A DNA stretch of 64,000 nucleotides, taken from positions 832,173-896,172 of the forward strand of contig OY970149.1 of assembly GCA_963706095.1 (NCBI GenBank), written 5' to 3'. How positions within the stretch are numbered: the stretch's first letter is position 1; every line of letters begins with the position of its first letter. Positions 9,703-18,419 of this stretch are shown here, piece after piece. The notes below the pieces were generated by a model. That model was not told the DNA's origin. It was given only the letters and a program-made list of their open reading frames with translations, and did no database searches. A program made the translations under genes and the position numbers. This DNA comes from an uncultured Chloroflexia bacterium (GTDB lineage Bacteria > Chloroflexota > Limnocylindria > Limnocylindrales > CSP1-4).

Positions 9703-10792
9703 ATGAGGCCAATGGATTCCACCAAGCTCGGGTTCCCGAGCATCTCGATCATCGACGATGGCGCGCCAGCCGGCACGGCGGAAGAGAGCGTCTCGCTGCC
9801 CCAGAAGCAGGGCGGCAACGGCAGCGCGCCGGACGACGGCGGCAGGCACTCGAAGGTGCTTATCGTCGGCTCCGGACCGGCCGGGCTGACAGCGGCAATC
9901 TACGCCGCGCGAGCCAATCTCGAGCCCATCGTCATCGCCGGCTACGTGCCCGGCGGCCAGCTGATGATCACCAGCGACGTGGAGAACTACCCGGGCTTCC
10001 CCGAGGGCATCCAGGGCCCCGAGCTGATGCAGAAGTTCCGCGAGCAGGCCGAGCGCTTCGGCACGCGCTTCGTCGACGTCGACGTGGAGCGCGTCGACTT
10101 CTCCACGCGGCCGTTCCGCGTATGGGCAGACAGGACCGAGTACACGGCCGACTCGGTCATCGTGGCCACCGGCGCGTCCGCGCTGTGGCTGGGCCTCGAC
10201 AACGAGACGCGGCTGCGCGGCCGCGGCGTGTCCGCCTGCGCGACGTGTGATGGCTTCTTCTTCCGTGGCAAGAAGGTCGCCGTCGTCGGCGGCGGCGACA
10301 CGGCGCTCGAAGAGGCGACTTTCCTGACGCGCTTCGCGACCGAGGTCGTGCTGCTCCACCGCCGCGACAGGTTCCGCGGCAGCAAGATCATGCAGGACCG
10401 TGCCCTCGAGCACCCCAAGATCGACGTGCGCTGGAACACGGAGGTGGCCGACGTCCTGGGCGAGGACAAGGTCGAGGGCCTGCGCCTGCGCAGACACCAC
10501 CGACGGCAGCGAGCAGGACGAGCCCATGGAGGGGCTCTTCGTGGCCATCGGCTACAAGCCCAACACGGATGTCTTCAGCGACTGGCTGGACGTCGACGAC
10601 AAGGGCTACCTGGTCGTCACCGACGAGACGCGGACCAAGATCGACGGCGTGTTCATCGCCGGCGACGTCCACGACCACCGCTACCGCCAGGCCATCACCG
10701 CCGCGGCCGACGGCTGCAAGGCGGCCATCGATGCCGAGCGCTGGCTCGAGTCGCAGGGCATCGCCGAGGCGGCAACCGCCACCGCCTGGTAG
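9703..10792 (+). pseudogene. trxB: Thioredoxin-disulfide reductase, one +1 shift near 10491
   Basis: VLIVGSGPAGLTAAIYAARA, redox centre CATCDG, VVGGGDTALEEA. The C-terminus DGLFVAIGYKPNT...GVFIAGDV..YRQAITAAADG continues in ORF 10400-10792. Confidence 0.85.
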
Positions 10793-10860
10793 CTCCCGGT
10801 TTCGGGGGCGTCCGCGCCGCCGCGGCCGTTGGCGCCGTAATTCGCTAACCTGCGCGGGCC

Positions 10861-12971
10861 GTGCTCGCCCTTCTTCGCCGCAATGAAACTCGCCTTTTTC
10901 TGACCAGCCTGGCGATTCTGTTCGTCGAGCTGATGCTCATCCGTTGGATCCCGTCCAACGTCAAGTACATCGGCTTCTTCAGCAACTTCCTGCTGATTGC
11001 GAGCTTCCTGGGCATCGGCCTGGGCATCATCCTCGGGCGCAAGGGCTTTTACCCGCGGCTGTCGCCGTTCGCTGTGCTGCTGGCGCTGGTCGTGCTCTAC
11101 GTCTTCAACTTCCAGCTCAATGTGCAGGTCGACTCCCAGAACGAGCTGTTCTTCGGCCTTGCGGAGAATCGAGCGGCGGACGAGAACTTCCTGATCCTGC
11201 CGCTCATCGTCGGCCTCGTCGCTGCGCTGTTGGCGACCTTGGCCCTGCCACTCGGTCCGCTGCTCAAGAGCATGCCGCCACTCAAGGCGTACGCCATCGA
11301 CATCATCGGCTCGCTCGCCGGCATCGCCGCGTTCAGCTTGCTGTCCGCTCTGGGCACGGATCCGCTGGTCTGGTTCACGGTTGCCGTCGGGCTGGTGATC
11401 GCTCTCGAATTCGGCCGTCGCCGCTGGTCGTGGCTCACCCTCGTCAATGTCGGTGCGCTGATCGCAGTGGTCGTGCTCGTCTTCCAGCAGACCGCAACTC
11501 ACCCGAACAACATCTGGTCGCCCTACTACCGCATCAGCTCCTTCGCGTCGCGCGAAGGCCTGGTTCACATCACGGTCGACGGCGTCCCCCACCAGGCGCT
11601 GCATCCGATCGGGCAGGAGGGCATCGAGGAGTTCTACGAGCAGGTCTACCGCTGGTTCCCCGACAGGACCTATCCCGAGGTGCTCATCGTCGGAGCGGGC
11701 AGCGGCTCGGACGTCGCGCTGGCGCTGCACCACGGCGCGGGTCATGTCGACGCCGTCGAGATCGACCCAGAGCTGCTCGAGATCGGCAAGACCCGCCACC
11801 CGAACCGGCCCTACGACGACCCGCGTGTCAGCGCCTACGTCAACGACGGCCGTGCATTCCTGCGCAACACCGACAAGAAGTACGACCTCATCATCTTCGC
11901 CCTGCCCGACTCGCTGACCCTGGTCAGCCAGCAGTCGTCGCTGCGCCTCGAGTCGTTCCTCTTCACCGAGCAGGCGTTCGACGTCGGTGCGCGACCACCT
12001 CACCGACGACGGCATCTTCGTGCTCTACAACTACTACCGCGACGCCGTGGCTGGTGGCGAAGCTCGCGACCATGCTCGAGGACGCCTTCGGGCACGAGCC
12101 GCTCGTCAACGTCTATGGCGCGCACAAGGCCTCGCTCGCGGCCGGCCCACTCGTCGCCAGTCTGCCGGACGGCGTGCCGCCCGGCGACACCGTCACGGGC
12201 GCACCCGACGCCGGTGAACCTGAGCCCAAGGCGGCCACGGACGATTGGCCCTTCCTGTACCTGCGCACGCCCTTCGTGGCGCCGCACTACCTCGCCGGAC
12301 TGGCGATCCTGCTGATCGGTGCTTTCGTGTCGGTGGCTCTGGCGTCAGTGGCGACAGGAACCAGCATCCGGCGGTTCAGCCCGCACTTCTTCGTGCTCGG
12401 AGTCGCGTTCCTGCTGCTGAACACGCGCAGCATCACCAGCTTCAGCCTGCTCTTCGGCACGACGTGGGTGGTCAACTCGCTCGCCTTCTTCGGCATTCTG
12501 TGCAGCGTCCTGCTGGCGATCTTCGTCAACGCGCGCTGGCCGCTGCGCCGGCCAACGCCTTTCTACATCGCGCTATTCGCATCGATTGCGGTGGCCTTCC
12601 TGCTGCCGCCCGAATCGCTCCTCTTCGAGCCGGCCTGGCTGCGCTACCTGGTTGCCGCGGGCCTCGCCTTTGCGCCGGTCTTCTTCGCAAACCTGGTCTT
12701 CTCGTACTCGTTCCGCGACACGAAGACCGCCGACATGTCCTTCGCCAGCAACCTGCTTGGCGCAGTCGTCGGTGGCGCAATCGAATACGTCGCCCTGATC
12801 ACCGGCTTCCAGTTCCTGCTGGTGTTCGTGGCGCTGCTCTACGCGCTGGCCTGGCTGCTGGCCACGCGGCTGCGCCTTGGTGCCGACAAGGAGCTCGTGT
12901 CCGAGCACGACCTCGAGCCGGACAGACGCCGCGGACCGGCGCAGGCTCCGACCCCGGAGCCTGCTAGCTAA
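10861..12971 (+). pseudogene. Spermidine-synthase-like (class I MTase fold) domain flanked by N- and C-terminal polytopic membrane domains; two +1 shifts near 11985 and 12045
   Basis: N-terminal TM bundle, then EVLIVGAGSGSDV...VDAVEIDPELLEIG...YDLIIFALPD. DDGIFVLYNYY is in the next frame. The C-terminal TM bundle is in the third frame (ORF 10944-12971 tail). Frames run 1>2>0. Confidence 0.65.
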
Positions 12972-12989
12972 GTTGGGGGGCTGTTGCCC

Positions 12990-13556
12990 TTAGCTGCGAT
13001 CGACCGGACCGCACTCCACGGTGGCGTGAACACCGATGTCATCCTCGGTCGTCCCGTCGATCGTCCACTTGATCGTCGCGCCGTTGTCCTGCAACGTGGC
13101 CGTGCCACTGCCCCGCTCCGAACCCGGAACCAGGGTCTGGATCTCCACGCCGTCCACCGATGTCATTGGCGGGCCGAAGACTATGTTGAGATAGAACTTC
13201 GTCACGGTGGCCCCGCCCTCGATAGCGGAGAACTGCAGCGTCGACAGGCCCTCGGTGGTTTCCATGTCCAGGAATGTGGCGCCGGAGCCCGAGTCCGAAA
13301 TGTTGCAGTCGTACTTGATGCCGGTTCGGTCGTACGTACCGGCCAATGGTCCGCTGGCCACCACGACATGGACGACCGATCCGGTACCGCCGGCAGCTGG
13401 TGTGGTCGGCTCGCCTGCGGGTGGCGTCGTCGGCTCGCCGGCGGCTGGCGTGGTTGGCTGGCCGGCTGGAGTGGTCGGCTGGCCAGTTGCTCCTCCGCCT
13501 CCGCCACAGGCCGCGATGAAGGCAAGGGTCAATAGACCTGCTGAGATAGTTCGCAC
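12990..13556 (-). CDS. Lipoprotein with Pro/Thr-repeat linker, unknown function
   Basis: MRTISAGLLTLAFIAAC lipobox, (G[QE]PTTP[AP]A) x4 linker, about 120-aa beta-rich domain with two Cys. Confidence 0.6.
   Translation of the reverse strand: MRTISAGLLTLAFIAACGGGGGATGQPTTPAGQPTTPAAGEPTTPPAGEPTTPAAGGTGSVVHVVVASGPLAGTYDRTGIKYDCNISDSGSGATFLDMETTEGLSTLQFSAIEGGATVTKFYLNIVFGPPMTSVDGVEIQTLVPGSERGSGTATLQDNGATIKWTIDGTTEDDIGVHATVECGPVDRS
13389..13484 (-). repeat. Coding tandem repeat (about 24 nt x4) encoding GQPTTPAG/GEPTTPAAG linker
   Basis: Repeated ggctggccggctgg-type units are seen directly. They translate to the PT-rich linker of the lipoprotein. Confidence 0.8.
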
Positions 13557-13580
13557 GAGTCACCCTCCTGTGGCACACAG

Positions 13581-13745
13581 GGAGCACCGTCCCCTACTCG
13601 GTGCCAGGTCCCCTACCTAGTGCCGGCCATACCCTACGCCTTCCCTTTCTCGTCCTACCCGACCCCGCAGTGCCAACCGCCGGCGCCGCGGTGCCAACCA
13701 CGCCCGCCGAGCGTGTTAACCGAGCTCCGCGACTGATCGGGTGCC
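13581..13745. repeat. Non-coding array of phased GTGCC-containing units
   Basis: Three about 19-20-nt units end in CCCTAC (GGAGCACCGTCCCCTAC / GGTGCCAGGTCCCCTAC / GTGCCGGCCATACCCTAC). Then GTGCCAACC occurs twice 21 nt apart, and GTGCCACC 50 nt further on. Confidence 0.5.
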
Positions 13746-14026
13746 ACCGACGCTGCGGCAGCGTCGTATCCACGTGACGTCGAGGAAATGGCGCCAAACA
13801 CCCTGCTCCGGCGTCTTGGTGAGTCCCGCGACCTGTCGCATCAGCTCGTCACGCTCCGCGCGTTCGACTGCCCTGGGCCAAATCTGCCAGCGCCTGACAC
13901 AGCCATATCTACAACGCTGTGGGGGCGTAAAAGGTGGACCTGCCGGCCCGCGGATCGGCGGTCGCACCCGGCGGCCCCCTCCGGGCGCCCGTGCTACCGT
14001 CGGCTGCGGATGAATAGGGGAAGCCG

Positions 14027-15991
14027 ATGAGCTTCGGTGGGGGCGGCCACGGGCGCACGACGCGGATGCTCGAGAACGCGGCACGCGACACCAACATCAG
14101 CCCCGAGAAGCGCCAGCGCACGGTGCGGCGCATCGTCGCCTTCTTCCGGCCCTACCGCTTGGCCGTACTGCTGGTGCTGCTGACGATCATCGTCACCAGC
14201 TTCCTGGGCCTGATCAACCCGTACCTGCTCAAGCTGCTGATCGACGAGGCCATCCCCCAGCAGAACCTGTTCCTGCTCAACGTCTACGTCGGGCTGATGA
14301 TCGTTGTGCCGGTCGTCAGCGGCCTGATCGGCGTCGGTCAGTCGTACCTCAACAACATCGTCGGTCAGCACGTGATGCAGGACCTGCGCAACGCGCTGTA
14401 CTCGCATCTGCAGCGCCTGCCCTTGCGCTTCTTCACCGAGACGCGGACCGGCGAGATCCAGAGCCGCCTCGCCAACGACGTCGGTGGCATCCAGTCGGTC
14501 GTGACCGACACGGCCAGCAGCGTCGTCTCGAACCTGGTCGTGACCATCTCGACGGTCATCGCGATGTTCCTGCTCGACTGGCGACTCGCCCTGCTTTCGC
14601 TCGCGGTATTGCCGTTCTTCCTGTACCTGACCTATCGCGTGGGCAAGGTCCGCCGGCGCATCTCGACCGAGACCCAGAAGAGCCTGGCCGACATGAGCGC
14701 GATCACCGAGGAAACCGTCAGCGTCAGCGGCGTGCTGCTGACCAAGACGTTCGGCCAGCAGCAGCAGGCGGTCGGCCGCTTCCAGAAGGTCAATGCCGAC
14801 CTGGCCAAGCTCCAGATCCAGCAGAGCATGGTCGGTCGCTGGTTCTTCATGATCGTCGGCACCGTCTTCTCGATCACGCCGGCGCTGGTCTACTGGCTGG
14901 CTGGCTGGCTGACGATCCAGAACGACCCGACGGCGCCGACTATCGGCGACATCGTCGCCTTCACCACGCTCCAGAGCCGCCTCTTCTTCCCGCTCGGGCA
15001 GCTGCTCAACGTCCAGGTCGAGATCCAGGGCGCGCTGGCGCTGTTCGATCGGATCTTCGAGTACCTCGACCTGCCCGTCGAAATCGACGACAAGCCCGAT
15101 GCAGTCGCCCTGGAGGCGGACCGCGTGCGCGGACAGATTCGCTACCGCGACGTCTCGTTCAGGTACCGATCTGCACCTCCCCTCCCCGCTGCGGCGACCG
15201 CGGACGGCAACGGCGCGGCCGAAGAGGACGGCGCGCAGCCTGCGGCGGAGCCATTGCCCGAGACGCGGTTGCCATTCGGCATCGAGGGCGTGGACTTCGA
15301 GGCGCAGCCCGGCCAGCTCGTGGCCCTGGTCGGGCCGTCCGGCTCGGGCAAGACAACGACGACCTATCTCTTGCCGCGCCTGTACGACGTGGACGAGGGC
15401 GCCGTCGAGATCGACGGCCACGACGTGCGCGACCTGACGCTGGCGTCGCTCGGCGAGGTCATCGGCTTCGTGACCCAGGAGACGTTCCTGTACCACGCGT
15501 CGGTGCGCGACAACCTGCGCTACGCGCGTCCGAACGCGACCGACTCAGAGCTCGAGGAAGCCGCGCGCACGGCTGCCATCCACGACCGGGTGATGGCCCT
15601 GCCAGAGGGTTACGACACCATCGTCGGCGAGCGCGGCTACAAGCTGTCGGGTGGCGAAAAGCAACGCATCGCGCTGGCACGCGTGCTGCTCAAGGATCCG
15701 CGCATCCTTGTCCTCGACGAAGCCACGTCCGCGCTCGACACGGTGTCGGAACGGCTTATCCAGCAGGCAATCGAGCGCGTGATGCGCGGCCGGACGACGA
15801 TCGCCATCGCCCACCGGCTGTCGACCATCCTGCGTGCCGACCTGATCGTGGTCTTCAGGGACGGCCGAATCGTCGAGCGCGGCCATCACACCGAGCTGCT
15901 CGAGCAGGGCGGCCTCTACGCGCGGCTGTACCAGGAGCAATTCCTGGCGGCGACCGGCGTTTCTCCAGAGGCTGAGCCGGCGACGGTCTGA
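14027..15991 (+). CDS. ABC exporter, fused TMD-NBD (MsbA/MdlB type)
   Basis: Six-TM domain, Walker A GPSGSGKTT, signature LSGGEKQRIALARVLL, Walker B ILVLDEATSALD. There is an Ala/Pro-rich insertion (SAPPLPAAATADGNGAAEEDGAQPAAEP) at the start of the NBD. Confidence 0.85.
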   Translation: MSFGGGGHGRTTRMLENAARDTNISPEKRQRTVRRIVAFFRPYRLAVLLVLLTIIVTSFLGLINPYLLKLLIDEAIPQQNLFLLNVYVGLMIVVPVVSGLIGVGQSYLNNIVGQHVMQDLRNALYSHLQRLPLRFFTETRTGEIQSRLANDVGGIQSVVTDTASSVVSNLVVTISTVIAMFLLDWRLALLSLAVLPFFLYLTYRVGKVRRRISTETQKSLADMSAITEETVSVSGVLLTKTFGQQQQAVGRFQKVNADLAKLQIQQSMVGRWFFMIVGTVFSITPALVYWLAGWLTIQNDPTAPTIGDIVAFTTLQSRLFFPLGQLLNVQVEIQGALALFDRIFEYLDLPVEIDDKPDAVALEADRVRGQIRYRDVSFRYRSAPPLPAAATADGNGAAEEDGAQPAAEPLPETRLPFGIEGVDFEAQPGQLVALVGPSGSGKTTTTYLLPRLYDVDEGAVEIDGHDVRDLTLASLGEVIGFVTQETFLYHASVRDNLRYARPNATDSELEEAARTAAIHDRVMALPEGYDTIVGERGYKLSGGEKQRIALARVLLKDPRILVLDEATSALDTVSERLIQQAIERVMRGRTTIAIAHRLSTILRADLIVVFRDGRIVERGHHTELLEQGGLYARLYQEQFLAATGVSPEAEPATV

Positions 15992-16009
15992 CCGCTGCTG
16001 TCAACCAAC

Positions 16010-16549
16010 TTGATATCGTGGCCGCGGGATACCAGCTCCGGCTCAGAGCGGAAGGACACCAAGGCACAGGTGACGCATAACCTTGTCGAAGAGGTGCTCC
16101 AGACGTGGCGCGACGGCGAGCGTCTGCTCGAGGAGCTGCCCGCGCTCTCCAACGACCATGAAACCGTGCGCCTGGCCGTGGCCAGCATGCACGCGACGTA
16201 TTCGCGGCTGACGTCCACCTCGTCGGTCAGTCACGAGGTCCTGGTCGAGAACCGGGTGGCGATGCGGCGCGCGCGCGAGATCATCGACGGCGTCCGCGGC
16301 GGCCGGGTGTCGACCGACACCGGCCACCGATCCGAGAGACCGGCCGACGGCTCATGGGCGCGCTTCGAGGGCCCGGGCAAGCAGCAGAATCGGCGCTGGC
16401 ACCAGATCACGCGCGATCCGACCGGCCGCCTGGTCACGTACTGCAGCCGGTTCGTGGGCCGTGGCTCGGAGCTCTTCGACGACCCGGGCGCCGGGCCGAC
16501 ATGCGCCATCTGCTCGCGCTCAGCCGCCAGGCGATCCCGGGCCAGCTGA
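16010..16549 (+). CDS. Hypothetical protein: N-terminal helical W-R-x-G-E-R-L-L domain (paralog of 50118-50384) plus Cys-containing tail
   Basis: The likely true start is GTG around 16070 (VTHNLVEEVLQTWRDGERLLEELP..DHETVR.AV.S....Y..LT.TSS). The tail has TYC...TCAIC. Confidence 0.45.
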   Translation: MISWPRDTSSGSERKDTKAQVTHNLVEEVLQTWRDGERLLEELPALSNDHETVRLAVASMHATYSRLTSTSSVSHEVLVENRVAMRRAREIIDGVRGGRVSTDTGHRSERPADGSWARFEGPGKQQNRRWHQITRDPTGRLVTYCSRFVGRGSELFDDPGAGPTCAICSRSAARRSRAS

Positions 16550-16560
16550 CCTCCCCTCGC

Positions 16561-17385
16561 TCAGGAGCTGGGCGCGGGAGCAGCCTCCGAGCACGGTCCC
16601 AGGCCCTGCGCAATCGGCGTCAGCGCGGCCGTTGACGGCGCGAGCTGGACATCGAACCAATAGCTGTTGTTGGCCGCTCCGGCACCGGCTTCACGCCACA
16701 GGCCCTCGGGGTTGACGGTGGCGCACAGCCGGTAGGCGCCGTCGGGCAGGCCGCTGATGTTGATCTGCTGGTAGGCGAAGAATGGCCGGTAGTCATCGCC
16801 CCAACCGACGGAGATGCCGAAGCGCAGCTGTTTGCTCTGGCGATTGCCACAACCCGACACCCAGTGCTTGCGCACAGCCACCGAGTTGGCCGGGCGTAGA
16901 GCGGCCGGCGCCCGCACCAGGTCGACTAGGCAGAAGCCGATCTTTCTCAGGTGACGCTCATCGACGCTCTCGCTGGCGCCTGCCTGAGGCGTCAGGGACA
17001 CGTCGATGAAGCGCGCCACGTGCCAGTGGTTGTGGCCGTCACCTGAGTAGAACGCGGTCATGCCGGGCACGAGCTGATTGACCACGCCGGTCGTGGTGGT
17101 GATCCGTTGAGAGACGCGGGTCATGGTGTTGCCGACGCGGTTGCGGGCACGGACCTCGAGTGGCCCCAGGCCGACGTTCCACACGATCGTGCCGAAGCGC
17201 AGCAGGCGCGTGCCATTGCTTTTGACCTGGATCGTGACGTTGTAGGGCGCGGCCATCAGCATGTCGGGCAACAGCTCCCCTGCGGCTGCGGCCGCGGACG
17301 GTGCCGAGACGGGCAGGGTGGCCAGCGCCAGTATCGAGGCCAGCCCTATATGAGCGACGCTGAGGCGGCGGGTGGGGATTTTCAT
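16561..17385 (-). CDS. Secreted lysyl-oxidase-like copper amine oxidase (LOX family), paralog 1
   Basis: Signal peptide MKIPTRRLSVAHIGLASILALATLPVSAPSAAAAA. GDGHNHWHV (H-x-H-x-H), RKIGFCLVD (compare HKASFCLED), GISVGWGDDYRPFFAYQQINISGLPDGAYRL (compare GLSPGCYDTY...DCQWIDITDV.PGNYIL). Confidence 0.7.
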   Translation of the reverse strand: MKIPTRRLSVAHIGLASILALATLPVSAPSAAAAAGELLPDMLMAAPYNVTIQVKSNGTRLLRFGTIVWNVGLGPLEVRARNRVGNTMTRVSQRITTTTGVVNQLVPGMTAFYSGDGHNHWHVARFIDVSLTPQAGASESVDERHLRKIGFCLVDLVRAPAALRPANSVAVRKHWVSGCGNRQSKQLRFGISVGWGDDYRPFFAYQQINISGLPDGAYRLCATVNPEGLWREAGAGAANNSYWFDVQLAPSTAALTPIAQGLGPCSEAAPAPSS

Positions 17386-17560
17386 CGGGCAGGTTTCCCC
17401 TTGTCCGGCCGTCAAGATTGGCCGGAGCAAAATTCAGGGTACTGCCCGATGCAATACTTTCTGCCCAGTCAGAACTGGTACTTCTGGTTATGCGTTGCGC
17501 GGACGCGCCACGGGTTTTGCGAGCGGCGCACGCGCCGAGGTCAGGCGCCGGCGCCGGTGG

Positions 17561-18415
17561 TCAGGCGCCTACGCCGAACCAGATGGGCGGTGGCTTCTCG
17601 CAATCGGTGTCATCGCTGCCGACGACGTCGATGGCGCCTCGGTCGGAGTTGATCTCGAGGTCGAGCCAGGCGCTGTTGTTGTCCAGGTTCTGGTTCTTCT
17701 CCTGCCACATGGAGTTGCTGTTGACGGTCGCACACATCCGGTACGTGCCGGTCTCGAGGCCGACGATGTCGATCCACTGGTGGTTGAAGAACGGCTTGTA
17801 GTCGTCGCCGTAGCCCGGCGAGATGCCCATGCGGAACTCCTGGCTGGCGCGCGTTCCACAACCTATGACCGGGAACCCGATCCGGTTGGCCGCGTTGGGC
17901 GGCCGCAGCCCGGCTGGAGCGCGAACGAGGTCGGTCAGGCAGAAGCCGATCTTGCGCAGGCCACGGTCGGCCAGCGCCGCCGGATCCAACGTCTCGCCGG
18001 TGTCCTTCGAGAAGAGCGAGATGGTGATGAACGCGTTGATGTGCCAGTGGTTGTGGCCGTCGCCCGAGTAGAACGCCTCGGCACCGGGCGGCGCGTAGGT
18101 TCGCGACCCGCCGCCACGCATCGAGACGCTCTGAACCAGGTCGCGCATCACGTCACCCTGGCGGTCGCTGCCGCGGACCTCCATCGGGCCGTCGCCCACG
18201 TTCCAGACGATCGTGCCGAAGCGCAGCCGCAGCCGGCCGCCGCCCGATCGCTCGAGGCGGATGCTGTAAATGTCGCCCATCTTGAGATCGGGCAGGAGCT
18301 CGTCAGCGGCGGCTACCGGCGCCGCGCCGATCGTGGAAGCCACGAGCAGCAGCGCCAGGCCCAGCGCGAGCGGCCACGGACGGCGTGGAGAGTTCAGGAC
18401 GGGGCTCACCGGCAA
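17561..18415 (-). CDS. Secreted lysyl-oxidase-like copper amine oxidase (LOX family), paralog 2
   Basis: Signal peptide, ELLPDL, GDGHNHWHI, RKIGFCLTD, GISPGYGDDYKPFFNHQWIDIVGLETGTYRMCATVN. About half of positions are identical to paralog 1 by eye. Confidence 0.7.
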   Translation of the reverse strand: MPVSPVLNSPRRPWPLALGLALLLVASTIGAAPVAAADELLPDLKMGDIYSIRLERSGGGRLRLRFGTIVWNVGDGPMEVRGSDRQGDVMRDLVQSVSMRGGGSRTYAPPGAEAFYSGDGHNHWHINAFITISLFSKDTGETLDPAALADRGLRKIGFCLTDLVRAPAGLRPPNAANRIGFPVIGCGTRASQEFRMGISPGYGDDYKPFFNHQWIDIVGLETGTYRMCATVNSNSMWQEKNQNLDNNSAWLDLEINSDRGAIDVVGSDDTDCEKPPPIWFGVGA

Positions 18416-18419
18416 AAGC

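Noticed and set aside
13389-13484. Short tandem repeats that might be a CRISPR array or VNTR. The same applies to 44937-45026.
   Set aside because: The repeats are in frame inside lipoprotein genes and encode Pro/Thr- or Ala/Thr/Asp-rich linkers. There are no unique spacers of CRISPR size and no cas genes.
13716-14084. 122-aa minus-strand ORF in the large intergenic gap as a possible transposase or integrase remnant, or a small regulator.
   Set aside because: I recognise no catalytic or HTH motif. The N-terminal two-thirds is Arg/Pro-rich junk overlapping the ABC exporter start. It is mentioned only as a possible gene remnant.
13994-15496. A 500-aa minus-strand ORF antisense to the ABC exporter. 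Similar long antisense or overlapping ORFs occur at 10681-12015, 42836-44383, 60057-60974, 60883-61902, 17372-18472 and 23741-24307.
   Set aside because: Their translations are Arg/Ala/Gly/Pro-rich with no recognisable motifs, and they lie opposite genes with strong family signatures. Long spurious ORFs are expected in high-GC DNA because stop codons are AT-rich.
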